From Felis catus (Eukaryota): DNA of 64,000 nucleotides. Positions 36,961 to 50,501 of the stretch are shown here, one piece after another (position 1 is the first letter of the stretch; the number at the start of each line of letters is the position of its first letter). Below the pieces are notes generated by a model. That model was not told where the DNA came from, did no database searches, and saw only the letters and a program-made list of their open reading frames with translations. A program made the translations under genes and the position numbers. The stretch is taken from contig NC_058383.1 in NCBI RefSeq assembly GCF_018350175.1, positions 2,914,001 through 2,978,000 on the forward strand. The letters run 5' to 3'.

Positions 36961-37800
36961 TCATCCACCTGTCCACTTGACTTCGGCCCCAGATGCTCAT
37001 CTTGTCCAGTACTAATCTCAGTCTGTCCCTGCAACCCTGATGCACACCTGACCTGATCCCCTCTCACTCTTCTCCAGTTTGTTAATGCCACCATCCTCCA
37101 TCTACATACATGTTTCTCTTTCATACTTTATATCTAATTCATTGCTGTTTTGTCGTGTTTACCGCCTATATTTCTCTCTGACCTGTCTCCTTTTCTCCAC
37201 CTGTAATGACCTCGTATTAGTTCACACAACTACCATCTCTTAGCGGGGTCATTGTGGTAAGATCCTGGCTGATGTCCTTGTATTCACTCTGGTACCCCGC
37301 GGGCCATCCTGTACACAGCAACCAGGATGATGTTTTTCAAACAAAGTTAATCATGCCACTCGGCTCCTTCCCATTGTCCCTTCTGTAGCACGTGGCCTAT
37401 AATGAGGTCCAGTGATCTGGAGCCTGCACTGTCCCTCTTGCTCTTGAGCTGCTTTCTGTTACCTTCCAGGCATGGCTTGTTCTGCCTCTTGGTCTGGAAT
37501 TACTGCTCCATGCTTCCGGCCACCCTCCCCAGTCCTGTGCCCTTAATTGTCCCACCGTCTCTCTGGAACGCTGCCACTTAGTCTAGAGTCCTCTGGGAAG
37601 ACGTTCTCATTGCTGTGTCTCCTTGTGGATCTGCCAAACCACGTGGGCTTCTTCGTGACCCTTCCAGAGTCGGATGTCCTCTCCTCAGAGCACGTGTGTC
37701 TCACTACTCCACGTACGTTCCCTTGGTTTGGCGGAAAGCAAATGGGGTACGGTAGACACCTGGCATACTTTCTTCTACCTCCACTTAATTTTCCACTGTG
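36960..37800 (+). mobile_element. L2 LINE remnant
   Basis: ccacctgtccacttgac, gttaatgccaccatcctcca and cacagcaaccaggatgatgttttt motifs. Confidence 0.6.
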
Positions 37801-39064
37801 AAATTTATTTGATTATTGATGTTTTATTGGAAAGTAGTCATTTCTTTTTAATTGTGTGATTTTTGAAAGATTTACTTTGAGATATTACTTGTCCAAGTCA
37901 TGACCAGGTTTCCCCCTCCAGGTAGATGTCTATGGGGGAATTGGACAAGAAGTAAAAAACTTCACTTGTCGAGTCCAGCTTGTATGGTGTACGCATGTTA
38001 AAGAATGATGTATATTCTACCTGTCCATGACAGTCTTCACGTACAAATCTGTGATCTCATGGTGGGTCTGCATTGTTTAAAAGGTTACCTTAGCTCTTCT
38101 CTAGTTTTCTGTGGCAACATGAGGTATTAGTTTTTCATTGTTCCATATGATTTCTGCCCAAAGACATTAATTAACTCAAAAATTTTGACTTTGCCTTTAA
38201 AATTCTACCATAATAATTTAGTATGTTTAGTTTAGTTTTAAAGTCTGTTTATATATCCTGCTTATTATCTTTTGTTAATTAAAACTTGTACTTATCATGG
38301 AAAGGGCTCTCTATTTTAAAAAACCTGTGTTTTGAAAACCAATTTAAAACCTGTTTCACAGCAGTGTTCCTCATTTATGGATGATGTGATTAATTTTATT
38401 TATATTCTGTCTCATCAAAAGTTTTGGAGTGCTTCCTGAAATGTATAATATGCATATGGAAGCTGTTCCTGTAATAATATTTCTTTGATCAGTTTCTGCC
38501 TTTAATGGCTTTCTTTAATGTCCTTGACCTGAACAGGATTCCATGATCTCAAGAAGTATGTCATTTCCATGTAGACATTCTTCTTCAGTTGTTACCATTA
38601 CCTGTCTTGGTAATATCCAACACTACAAGGCTGTATTTTCAAACAGTGGTCAGTGGTGATTTCAATATTAATTTTTTTAAAGCAGACATTACATTTTTCT
38701 CTAAATTATTAAATTGTTACTCTCTTTGAAATCTATATTCCACTTTTCTGCCAAATGATACAGCTTTGTAAAATCCTCCAAGATTTTATTACCAAAAGCT
38801 GGTGGTACAGAACTCTACCATTCTTTTACTTCAGTATATATGTTTTTCTTTCTGTGTCACTGTCTTTTGATTTTGTAAGGGGTGGGTTTATTTTCTGTAT
38901 TGAAATTTAGCATTTCTGTATAACTAAATTTGTCAATTTCTTTGTAGTAAACTTTTCAAACTTTTAGTTCTTTCTCCCCAACCATTTTCTGCAACTCCAA
39001 TTTAGTTTGGATGACCTCACCCAAGGATTGACCCTATGTGGTTGACTTTAAAGGCAAAGTCCTG

Positions 39065-39678
39065 GGCCCTTTCCTGTGAACGGAATTCAAACTTAATCCA
39101 CCCAGTGTACAGCATTCTCTTGGTTACAGTAACTGTCAAGAGGGACCTGCCTGACTAGGTCTTCTGGCGGTGGATGGAGGAAGAGAAACTCCTTTTGAGA
39201 TGGTGAGGCATAGGGATGTAAGGCCTGAGACCCTGTAGGCTTGATGGAAGTCATGCCGTGGAAGAACCGGCACATGCTGAAGGGGGCAGGTTCCAGAGAA
39301 CCACAGAAAAGTGGAACCAGTACTTTGATCAAAATGAACCTGAGGGGCACCTGGGGGGCTCAGTCGGTTAGGTGTCTGACTTCAACCCAGGTCGCGATCT
39401 CACGGTTCGTGAGTTTGGGCCCTGTGTCAGGCTCTGTGCTGACAGCTCAGACCCTGGAGCCTGTTTCGGATTCTTTGTTTCATTCTCTCTCTGCCCCTAC
39501 CCGACTTGTGCTCTGTCTCTCAAAAATAAATAAATGAAAATAAAATTAAAAAAAAAGTGAACCTGAAACATGACCTACCCTCCGTGCTTCACAATTATGT
39601 CAGCCGTTAAATTATTTCCTTGTTTAAGCCAGTTGCAGTAGATACCCTATTTGCAAAAGGTGACATCCTAGTGATTCA
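39065..39678 (+). mobile_element. Old MaLR LTR (MLT1J-like) interrupted by a SINE
   Basis: 3' end ttccttgtttaagccagttgcagtag…acatcctagtgattca is typical of the MLT1J group. The 5' boundary is uncertain. Confidence 0.55.
39344..39553 (+). mobile_element. CAN-SINE (SINEC_Fc-type)
   Basis: Full body, aataaataaa and A-tail. TSD aaaatgaacctga (39331-39343) / aaagtgaacctga (39554-39566). Confidence 0.95.
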
Positions 39679-40278
39679 GTTTTGCTTTATGGTTTTTATC
39701 TAATGTGTACAACGAGAAGTTGGATGAAAACATACCTGTACTTTCTTCTCATGGAAGTGTATCCTTTTCCATTGATTTAAAACATACTTCTTATGAAACA
39801 TTACCCTTGTGGATTTTGTGTTTGGTTTTACTGACTTATCTTGAAATCTCTATATCAGTTAAAAAAAAAGATTAAAGTATTATCTTCTTGTATTACATTT
39901 TAATGTTTTTAGGGTAAATCTCCCTTGTTATTTTTCCAAAATGTCTTGGCCATTAACCTCCATTTACTCTAAGATTAACTTGTAAATTGTTTTATAAACA
40001 ATTTTGGAATTTGGATTAAAATTCCTTTTATTTTGTAAATTTGTCTTACAAGTGAATGTGGAACTTTTGGTATCTTTATGTTATTAGGTTTTGCTGTCTA
40101 TCCCAGAACATGGCACATCTCTTTATATATCCACTGTTTTTATGTCCCTAATTTTTGGAGGTAGATTCTCCACATTTCTTGTTAATGTACTATTTGGCAT
40201 TTAATACTGTTAATTTTGTTGTGAATGAGGTCTTCACTTGTTTCCTTTTTTGTTGTTGTTTAAGTTGGAGAAAAAAGA

Positions 40279-40492
40279 TTTTTTTTTAAAGTTTATTTAT
40301 TTTGAGAGAGAGAGAGGGAGCAACAGGAGCAGGGGAGAGGCAGAGAGAGAATGAGAGAGAGAATCCCAAGCAGGCTCTTTGCTGTCAGCATACAGAGCCT
40401 GATTCGGGGCTCGATCTCATGAACCATGAGATTATGACCTGAGTCGAAATCAAGAGCAGGGCACTTAACTGACTGAGCCACCCAGGCACCCC
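40279..40492 (-). mobile_element. CAN-SINE
   Basis: Full body ending ccacccaggcacccc. TSD ttaagttggagaaaa / ttaatttggagaaaa. Confidence 0.95.
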
Positions 40493-41329
40493 TTAATTTG
40501 GAGAAAATTTTTAAACATACAAATAGAATTATTAGAAGAAGAATCCTGGAATGCCATATTTACATCTTCTCTTTAAATAAAATTCAAATAAAGTTGAATA
40601 TCCAATGACCATGAATTTTACATGTATCTTTGTCTGTTTTCATTTGTGTGGGGACCTCTTTATTTCTTTCTTCCTGATCAGTGTTGCTAGAAATTTATCA
40701 ATTTTATTAGGCTTTTCAAGGAACCAAAGGTTTACTCTGTTGTTCCTTTCCTAATTCTTAAATTAGATGCGTATTAGTTCATTGTTTTCAGCCTATCATT
40801 TTTTATAATTGAAGCATTTAAATTTATAAATTTTCTGTCACTTTTGTTGCTTCTTGGAAGTTCTGATATGTGGTATTTTCCTTATTGTTCTAGTGTAAGT
40901 TAACAATTTAATTATGATTTCTTGTCTAATCAATGAATTATTTAGGTATGTGTTTTTAAAATAAATTTCCTTATTTTCTGAAATACTGATTTCTAATTTA
41001 ACTACATTATAGTCATAGAATTTGAGGTATATTAAGCTGATTGTTTAAAATTTCTTGAGACTCACTTTATGGCCCAGTATGTGGTCACTTTTGTAAATGT
41101 TTCACATTTGCATAAGAGTATCTATTCTCTGATAAAGGTTCTAAAAATACCTATTAATCAGGTTGTTAATTATATTGTGCAAGTCTTCAATATCTTTAAT
41201 GATTGTTTTTAGTCTGATTAGCTAGCAATTACTGAGAGACATATGTTGAAATATTCCACTAAATGTTGTGTCTGTAAATTTCTCCAAGTTCTTTCAATTT
41301 GTTCTTTATAAATTAGAGACTGTGTTATT

Positions 41330-41745
41330 AAGTAGGCAGAATAATGTCTTCCTCTATCTTACCCCCAACCCCTCTGCCCCAACAAAAAGATGCTTATATC
41401 CTAATTTCCAAAACCTGTGAATATGTTCTCTTACATGGCAAAGGGGAATTAAGGTTGCTAATCATGTGATCTTAAAATATGTCGATTATCCTGGATTATC
41501 TTGCTAGGCCAGATATAATCATAGTGGTCTTGGAGTATGGACTACGAATAGTGGAATATGGGGGCAGAAGAAGAAGGCAGAGTGGTGTGATGTGAACAGT
41601 AGTACATCAGCTGGTGCTGGCTTGAAGATGGACGGACGAGGCCATGAGTAAATGCAGACAGCTTCTAGAAATTTGAAAAGGAAAGGAAATGGATTCTTGC
41701 CTAGGGCCTCCAGAAAGGATGTATAGCTCTGCCCATTTCAGACCT
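41330..41745 (+). mobile_element. MaLR LTR (MLT1D-like) inserted in L1
   Basis: ggcagaataatg start, aaacctgtgaatatgttctcttacatggcaaaggggaattaaggttgc, gattatcctggattatc, ggattcttgcctagggcctccagaaagg. Confidence 0.85.
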
Positions 41746-44149
41746 ACGTCCAGTTTCTTGTCAGTACTTTCCTGCCATATCTTTTTCCTCCTTTTAACTT
41801 GCTGTCTGTCTGTATGCTTATGTTTTATAATCGTCATGTCTGTAGATTATGATTTTTTTTACATAATTTGACAATACTTGTTTTTAATTAAAGAACTCAG
41901 AATAATTATACTTATTATGATTATGGTGTACTTGGACTTACTTTTACCATTGTATTTCTGCCATTTTATTTTGTTCCACTTTTGCTTTTGAACTTTTCTC
42001 TTTATTGTTTTCCTCTGCTCTTTTGGATTTAATAGATTATATTTCTGTTGTTTTTGTAGTTACTGTTAACATTCAAGGACCTGTAAATGATATTAATTCT
42101 TGTCATTTCTTTTCCACATTCTTATTTTCTAGTATATTTAGTTCTCTCTTGTTTTCCTGTAAATCCCAAATTCAATATCATTATTGTTGTTTTTATATGG
42201 TTAAGTTTGTTTGGAATTTATTACGTTTACTATTTTCTTGACCCAGCTTTTTGTCTTGGATCTCAGAGCATCCTTCTGGGTTTTTGTTGTTGTTTGCTTG
42301 TTCATTTGTTTGCTTACTTTTCAAAGTATATATAATTTAGAAGTTCTTTTTGCATTTTTTGGTTTCATTTGCCTGAAAAATATTTTTATTTTGTGTTGTA
42401 TTTGAAATCTATTTTATTTGCTACAGAATTTTAGACTAGCAGTTGGTTTCTCTATCATGAAGATATGATTTTTGATTAATAGTTACTTTCTGTTTGCTGT
42501 CATAAAATTGTCTTTTGTCTTTGTGCTTCCAATATTGCTATTGTAAAGTTCTCTGTAAATTTATTTGCTGTTTCTAAGATGGTCTATTTTTGGTGTTTTT
42601 TAGTTTTGTGATAAGGTGTGGATTCTTAATACATACCTTAATTGTATTGGGCTTCACTGTATTTCCTGCATCTGAGGATTTATGTCTGTCACCAACTCTG
42701 GAATATTTTCGGTCACTATTTCTTCCGTCTTTCATTTTCTTTGGAGGTGCCGTCACATGTATCTTATGTTTTACTTAGGCTGCTTTCTAGGGAACTTCCT
42801 CTTTCCCATCTCCCAGCTCACAAGTTCTCTTTGAAGCTGTGTCTGATTTGCTGTTTAGGTCATTCTATTTTTACAGTGCCAGAAGGTGTATTCTTTGTAA
42901 AATATGCTTGGTCATATTTTCATTGTCTCACGGTTTTTACAAACATACTGAATATCATACCTCATGTTCTGCTTGTGAACATTCTGAATAACTTAAGGTT
43001 TTTTTGTTTTTATGAGTCTGAAGTTTGTGTTTGCTTTTTCTATTGACCCTCTCTGCGATGGCTTGCTTCCCTTATATGTTACCGTTTTTATTTTGAGTTC
43101 AGATGTGTGGAGATTTTAATTGTAAAAATTCTGTGAGGGCTGTGTCTCAGGAACCCTTGTCTAGAAATGATTATGTTTTCTTTGTTTTGTGTTTGGAATG
43201 GCTAGCAGTGTGCGACTACTTCAAATTAATTGCTTTGTTTGGGCTGTGTTGGACCACACAGGTAGGGTAAAGTGAAATATCAGTCATTTGTGTTTAAAAC
43301 TCAGACTTTTCCCCCCCACCTTTGTCCATAATCAAGACGAAAAAAAGCAACTTTCCTTTTCCACTTAATGATTTTTTTTCTGTTTTATATCTTTTAAATC
43401 TTTTTTCTGTTTTAAATCTTCTGTTACAGAAGGTAGAGAGACCTTTAGTTGTTCTGGCTTGATTATAATTTCCCACTTTATATAGACCCAAGGTCTTGTC
43501 TCCAGTGTTTTGTGCAGTTGTTAAAAACACAATCCCCACACTGCGGGCTTGCCAACTTGGGCCCTCTGGGTGTGTGCTCCACCTTCATGTTCTGGGGCTC
43601 TTCGTTGTGTCCTTTGAGGAGGAGTTCTCCTTCCTTTCCTGTAAGCTGGGCTCTGCACATAAAGAGTTTCAAGTATTTGTCTTGGTGTATTTTATTGCAA
43701 GGAAATCTTTGGGCGATCTACATTAGTTTTTTTTTTCTTCTATTTCTTACAATGTACATATTTTTAGAAGGTGAACATTTATGAAGTGTCCACTACTCCT
43801 TTATGAACGTGTAGTTTTAAAAATATATGAACAGTATACCATGTTTGTTCTTAAATGCTGTTTTACTTACCGTATTTTTTAGATTTATCCATGTAAATAC
43901 ATATGGATATGACATATCACTTTTAACTGTCACATGAAATTCTATCTTATGAATGAATACTGACATGTTATTCTTTCTCAAACAAAATGTAACTAACAAA
44001 AATATTCTCATATTTCTTTGCGTATTTTGGAGAATTTCTCTAAGTTATACAATTAAAAGGGAATTGAAATCAGTTAAGGTCTGCCATTCTGTATTTCAAC
44101 TGGTCTGGTCTCTTCTACTGGTCATGAGGAAAAAATATTGAAGATTGCT

Positions 44150-44540
44150 GGAGATTAAAACTCCCTTCAGAGTGAGCTCATAACCAAATGTAGTGTGTTG
44201 CTATTGGTTGGATTCAAATAAACCAGCTGTAATTGTTTTAAACATTTGTAGAAATTTGAATATGGACCGAAGGTAAGATGAAATTAAGGAATTATTGTTA
44301 ATTTTGTTATTTGTGATGATAGTGTGACTTTATACAAAAATATCCTTATTTCTAGAAGATGGATGCTGAGTATGTGTGAGGCTATATCATGATGTCTAGT
44401 ATTTACCTGGAAATAATTCAAAAAAATATTGATAAGACAAATGTAGAAAAATGTTCATATTGAACTTGGATATTGGATACATATTTGTTAGACAATTTTT
44501 ATACTTTATATTTGAGACTTTCACCATAGTTGAAAAAGAC
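44150..44540 (+). mobile_element. Old L1 3'-end fragment (L1MC4/ME-like)
   Basis: gaaatttgaatatggac…attaaggaattattgttaattttgtt…gtgatgatagtg motif. Confidence 0.65.
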
Positions 44541-44589
44541 CAAAAAACAAATTATTTGCGCTTCATTCTGTAATTTGAAAGACTGTAGT

Positions 44590-44768
44590 TTTAGGGCCAT
44601 ATCTGGCCCGGTGCTGGTTCTTGTAAATAAAGTTTTATTGGAACACAGTCTTGCTTATTTTGGCCTACATTTGTACCACGTGGCAGAGTTGAGTAGTTTT
44701 GACTGAGGCCATTTGGCCTGGACAGCCTAAAATATTTATTATCTGGCCATTTACAGAAAAAGTTTGCT
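44590..44768 (-). mobile_element. MER58A (hAT-Charlie) relic
   Basis: tgtaaataaagttttattggaacacag, ggcagagttgagtagtt, cagcctaaaatatttattatctggccatttacagaaaaagtttgc. Confidence 0.88.
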
Positions 44769-46256
44769 CTATATACTTACCCTGATTCAATTTTCTTTGT
44801 AGCCTTTAACTCCACCCTTCTCTCTCCTCTTAACAGGTAATTGTTTATTTATTGTTTGGCTCTGATCATAATACTACAAATTAAGCAGACTTTGTGTTTT
44901 CACTAAAATAATACCAGGTACACATTAGCTCAATAAACATTTGTTGAGTAAGAAGTGAGTTAGCAACATGTGAGAATCCAGTTGGCCCACGTCCTTGGTA
45001 GCAACTAATGTTATGAGACTTATAAATTTTGCCAATAAAGTGGGTGAAATGATATTTCATTATCGTGTTCATTTGCGTGTCTTTGGTTAGCACCAGTGAG
45101 ATGATGCATCTTTTTTGATGTTCTCTGCTTATTGATTCTGTACATTTCATCTTGGGTGAATTGCTTGCTACTCCTTTACCTGTTTTTCTGTTTGGCTCCT
45201 TTCAGCAATGCCTAGAGTACTGAGTTGAAGCCGCTCTCCTCCGGAGGGGAATGGCATTTGTTTTTGCTAGTTGCCCAGGGGCACGACTGCTGAAGGCTAC
45301 ATTTAAAAATGGGTTGCTTGAGGCTGTTTGTGGGCTTCCTGGTAGTGTAGCTGGAATCTGAGCTGCAGGCCTGTGTGAGGCCCCCTGGTGGTTATAAATT
45401 CTCTGGGAGGAGCTCTAAGTCAGACTTGTTTCTTGGCTTTTCTCTTCCACACGGTGATTCATTTCACTCACCTTTACACTGTGGTCAGAGGGCTCTGGGC
45501 TTCCAGTATAATTCAGAAGTTTCTTTGGAGCTTCCCATTTTGTGGAGACCGTAGACTTTCGCGCCTGTTTCCGGTGGTCCCGGTGATCATCACGCCAAAG
45601 CTCCAGGCCACCAGAATTCAGAGACGGTGAAAGCTGTCCCTGAGTGCAGCTTCCTCATTTTCCCCCTGCCGATTTCTTACTCTCTTGGCTGTTCAGAAAT
45701 ACAGTTTAGAATACCCTTCTTTGAAATATTTAACATTTTTAATTGTTTCAGTAGGCACACAGTTTAGGGTGTAGGTATCATGTGTCTGTAGGATGAAACT
45801 GCGATCTTTTTCACACACCAGTACTATACATTTTCTTACTGGAGCTTTCCAGTAAGTTTGGGAAAATCTGTCCTTTCAGTTTACTGTTGTGTGGCTTATC
45901 TTTCCCGGGGATGTTTTGACATTCTTTACGTGCTTTAATTGTTACTCCTTTCTTACATTAAAAGTTCTTCCCAAATCTGTTGACTATTTTTTTGTTACAC
46001 AAAATTAAAAATTTTAATGTCATTAAATTCATAAAGTTTTTCTCTTACGTGTTTTAAGTTTTGTGTCTTTTTGAAAAAGGAATCCTCACCCAGCGTTATA
46101 AAATATTTTCCTATACCTTCTGTTAATATAGTTTTGCTTTGAATATAGTGATCTTCAATTTGTCTGGAATATTTTTTGTAAGGTCTTTGAGGGAGGGCTT
46201 TGACTGTTCATATTCCTAAAAGGATAGCTGATTTAATTAACGGATTTTTTCTCAGT

Positions 46257-46735
46257 GTATCTGTCAGGGTCCTGGCGGAAAACAGATTGTGCAAGCGAAC
46301 AGGGGTCATTTCAGAACAGAGTTTAATAAAGGGACTTTCCCAAATGTGTACCAGTTTAGGGAAACTGAAAGGAATTCTGTTGTACTCTGAAGCAAGTAGC
46401 AGCTGCTTTTTCCTCCATGAGGTCTTAAAGGATAAGGCATGGACTTGGGAAATGGATGTTGAGAAGGCTGAGTGGAAAGGGCTACCTGATAGGAGCTGTG
46501 GCATTTTGTCCGGTAGTGAGCCTGGTGGTAACCTTACAGAAACAGAATAGTCCCTGGAGGTGAGGGGACAGGAAGAGTTGAGGGACCAGAATTAGTCCCT
46601 TGACCTAATTCTTCATCTTCGTTCCCCATTGGCTAAAGACAACTGGAAGTCACAGAAGCCCACTGATGTAGTCCCAGCAGGTCAGCCTCCTGGGGCACAG
46701 AGCAGGGAGTGGAAGAGCGTAGAGAGGTCTATGAC
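46257..46735. mobile_element. ERVL-type solo LTR (LTR33-like)
   Basis: tcagggtcctggcggaaaacagat…gagtttaataaagggact…cccattggctaaagacaactggaagtc…ggtcagcctcctggggcacagagcaggg. Family from recall. Confidence 0.65.
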
Positions 46736-46819
46736 GATATTCAACATGTCCGTTGACTGGAAATTTTTACCTTTTTTACCTCTCAAACTTCATGAACTCT
46801 ACCAGGATAATTTGGCGGT

Positions 46820-47075
46820 TACTCTGAGCAGATGTACTGGGCTTGAATCCAGATTCTGCAAAGCACTAGTTGTGGGACCTTAGGCAAGTTATTTAGCCTT
46901 TTTGTGTCTTAGTGTTCTCAGTTGTAAAGTGGGAATAATGAAAATACCTACTTTAATGGGCTGTTGTGAGAATTAACTGAGGTTGTCTATGTAATAAGCT
47001 CGGAACCGCTTCTGACACGTGAGTGCCAAGTAAATGCTAGCTGTGATGAAGACAGTGGCAGCGGTGATGATGTTG
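46820..47075 (+). mobile_element. MIR SINE
   Basis: gaccttaggcaagttatttagcct…cagttgtaaagtgggaataatgaaaatacctac…gttgtgagaattaa core. Confidence 0.85.
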
Positions 47076-47079
47076 ATGG

Positions 47080-49580
47080 TTTCAAGCTTTCTAATTCTTT
47101 CTGTATTAATATCCCACCATTTTAACACAGTGCTATATTGCTTTTGTGTTGTTTTGTATAGCTCATAGTCTTCCATTTTTTTTTATTTTTTAACATTTTC
47201 TTACGTATTTTTCACTTTCTGTAAGTTTTGGGATTAGCTTGTCAAGTTACAGAAAAGTCATGTTTGAATTTTGGTAGGGATAGGGATTACATTTATTAAT
47301 GAACTTGTTTAAAATGGACACCTTTACAATATTGAGTCTCACCGTTCTTGAACAAAGTGTATCTTTTCATTTTCCAGGCTTCTTTTATGTTCTTCAGTAA
47401 AGTTTTATAGTTGTCTTCATAAAGATCTTGAACATTTCTTTTAGTTTTATACCCACTTAAACGTTTATGTTGCTTTTTTCTATTAGATTCTTAAATTGGC
47501 TATTTTGGAGGTGTAAGAGAGGTATGGATTTTTGTGTTGACCTTGTATGTGGCCCACTTGCCAAATTTCTTATTTTTTCTGTTGGTTGCTTTTGATTTTC
47601 TAGGTGAATAATCATATTGTTTGTGAATTATAATCTTGTTTCTTCCTTTTCAATAATTTATAGCTGTAAGTTTTTGTTTATCTTATTGCAACACCAAATT
47701 AGTACAATGTAGGATTGTAGCAAGGAGAGAGTATCTCCCTGTTTTACTCTTCCTTTTAATGAATACTTCTAATATTTTACTACAAAGGTAAAATTTTCTC
47801 TAAATTTCTGGTATATACCCTTTGTTTGGTTTTGCTGAGCATTTTTGTTAGGAATTGGAGTTGAATATTATCAAATGATATTTCAGCCTCTATTTGATAA
47901 TCTTATGATTTTTCTCCTTTAATATATTAATACAGTAAATGCATTGGGCCTTCCCCCCCCCCTTTTTTTTTAATCTTTGAACTATATGTATATACCTTAG
48001 GTAAACCCCACATGGTCATAACACTTGGCTGACTTTTTCCTTTACAATAATATTTTGTTGGAGAGTGTTACTCACGTTCAAGTTCATAAATGCTATTTTC
48101 ATCTAAGCTTGTTATCATACTTATCCTGTTTACAAATCCAGTTATGTTGTTGGCCTCTTAAAATATGTTAAGTAGCTAAAAAAAAATCTTTTTCTTTGCC
48201 CTACAGTACTTTTATGTAACATGGGAATCATCTATTCCCTGAAGATTTAGAAAACTTCCAAAAACCACCTAAGCTGAGTGCTTTTTCTTTTTAAGAGTTA
48301 CATCATTATCTGTCATTTTAGTTGTGTCAGTGATGATTTGGTCTACTCATGTTTTTATTTTATGAAATTTTCGGTATATTTTTGTTTTGTGGGCCAGATG
48401 TTTTCTGTCACAACTACTCAACTCTGCCATTGTAGTGTGAAATCAGCCTTAGACAACAGGTAAATGAGAGTGGGGCTGTGTTTCATTAAAACTTTATAGA
48501 AACGTGTGGCAGGCCAGAATTGGCCCACTGGTCTTAGTTTACTAACTCCTGATCTAACATAAGGATTATGAGAATCTGAAATTTAGATATTATCCATACA
48601 TAATAGCATTTGTGTCTGTTAATCTTTTTGGTGGTAATTTGTTGAAAACTTGTACAGCCTTATCCATTGTTTTTGATATTTTTTATATTTTCTCTCTTGA
48701 ATCAGTGTGGAAAGTCCTCATTTTTCTAGAACATTGTATTTAGTAGTAATGCATGTATTTTAAGCAAGCATGATATTATGAAAATTGGTTTGGGTTTGGG
48801 GGAGGCAAAAAAAAAAAAACAACCTTGAGAATTACGATGGCGTATGGCCCTCCAAAGCTCAGTCCTACCCAACAAAATCTTACTCCTTAGGGTTTAATTT
48901 CAAGGGCAGGATATTGATTAGGAAAGGCTTCCTAGGGGCATGATAATGAGAAAATGGTTAAGCATTCAGATTTAGTACTGTTGGCTGAATGTAAAGTCCT
49001 TTAAAAATTTTTATAGTACCTGGTTCTAAGTTTACATTTTGCTTGCTCCCACTGTTGCAAATTGTCTTCTCCCTAATTGTTCTTTATTATACTAGCTAAA
49101 AGCTTGTCTTCCCTACCCTCTTCAAAGAAGCTCTCTGGGATTAGTTTTCCAAGTCAACTCGTTTCCAGATTCATCTATTTTTATCTTTTATCTTTGTTTA
49201 TTGGTGTTTGCTTTCTGACATCTTTAAATAAATGAATAATTGGTTTCCTACCTGCCATCTCCTCAATTATTTGCTCTTCTGATTATAAATCTGGCTTTAT
49301 TTCTTCTTTCTTTTATTATTTTTCTGGTGTGTGTCATTTTTACTATCATTTTCTAAAGATTTTGTAATTGCTTCTGTAGTTTCTTTAACAAATGATTTCA
49401 TTTTGGAGGAGAATTAAAAAATTTTCCCCTTATTTACCTATTTTTGTCATGAATTTCAGTTTCGGTTACATTATCTTCAGAGAATATCTCTATAATTTAT
49501 GTTCTTTTGAATTGAGGATTAGCTTATGGCAAAATTTGTAATCAAGTTTTATAAGTGTTAGACAATTATGACATTATTTT
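47080..49580 (-). mobile_element. Old L1M ORF2 fragments
   Basis: Antisense ORF2 motifs (ggacacctttacaatattgagtct, gattttctaggtgaataatcatatt, gaattggagttgaatattatcaaatg). Confidence 0.7.
48388..48551 (+). mobile_element. MER58A (hAT-Charlie) relic
   Basis: ctgtcacaactactcaactctgccattgtagtgtgaaatcagcc…ggctgtgtttcattaaaacttta…tagtttactaactcctg. Confidence 0.88.
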
Positions 49581-49599
49581 TGAAGTCCATTACAGTGAT

Positions 49600-50193
49600 C
49601 ATCATTTAGGATGCCTTTATCTAAAGGCAGTAGAAAGCCAACTGAAAATGGCTTAAGCTGAAAGGAAATTTATTATCTGCATGACAAGAAGGCTTGAAGT
49701 AGAGTAACTCTAGGCACTGTTAAGTGAGGGCATCACTAACATCATCAAAAACCTGTGTTTCACCCATTTTTCCTTTGTTATCTTCCTTAGCCTGACAGTT
49801 TAGGCTTCTTGTCTTAGACTGGCTTTCTTCAAAGTTTCAGGATGGCCGTCACAGAAAATGACCACAGGCTTCCCTATTGAAGTGCTTGTGTGTGGAAGTC
49901 CTTCTCGGAAGCTTTGTATAGATCCAGCAAGCCCTTTCAATGACCAGAATTGTGTCCCAAGCCCATTACTAAACCAGTCATTGGGAAGGAGATCACCATG
50001 GGTCGTAAGTGCAGTAACAGTTTGTTGCCTGAGGGTAAGTTGGGGCTGGCATATTTGAAGGTCGCCATTCCTGAAGAACGTAGACCTTGGACAGAGTGAA
50101 CAGAATCAGGGTTGTGAGAGTAAGTTATAGCCTGGGTGTGACAGAGGGTGCAGGGACGGTGGCTGGGCAGGAAACCAGTGTCATCACCCACAC
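49600..50193 (-). mobile_element. Old MaLR LTR (MLT1J/K-like)
   Basis: gcagtagaaagccaactgaaaatggcttaagc…ggaaatttatt and ccagaattgtgtcccaagcccattactaaaccagtcattgg. Confidence 0.65.
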
Positions 50194-50473
50194 AGTGGAA
50201 TACTTAATCAGCCATGACATGGACTAATGTACACCCTTCGTTTAGAATATTTATTCCTTCAGGTGTAACTTAACAAGCATCATTTTTGCTATAAATAATT
50301 GAGTTTCTCATAGAAAGTTTGCTATGATTTTTGCCTTTAGTGAATAATTGCTGCCCCACCAACAAGTGATTATAAAAAATTCTCTGTTACTGTTAGTATA
50401 TCAGATAGATATTTTTGCTATTTATAATACAGTAATTGGGAAAAGATCTTAGGGCTTTGGGAGGAGTGTGTGT

Positions 50474-50501
50474 GGGGGTGGGGGGGGGGTGGGGGGTGGG
50501 G
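50474..50501 (+). other. G-quadruplex-forming motif G5-T-G10-T-G6-T-G4
   Basis: Four G-tracts of 4 or more bases with single-T loops, read directly. Confidence 0.8.

Larger units (their letters stand above)
39680..43730 (-). mobile_element. Cluster of old L1M fragments
   Basis: Very T-rich plus strand with antisense L1 ORF2/ORF1 motifs (tttatggcccagtatgtggtcacttttgtaaatgtt, gtcttcaatatcttt, tttatgtctgtcaccaactctggaatatttt). Confidence 0.7.

Noticed and set aside
44810..44845. Pyrimidine tract with CAG|GTAATT, a second recursive-splice-like motif
   Set aside because: Embedded in an L2-like remnant with a weak donor and no independent support.
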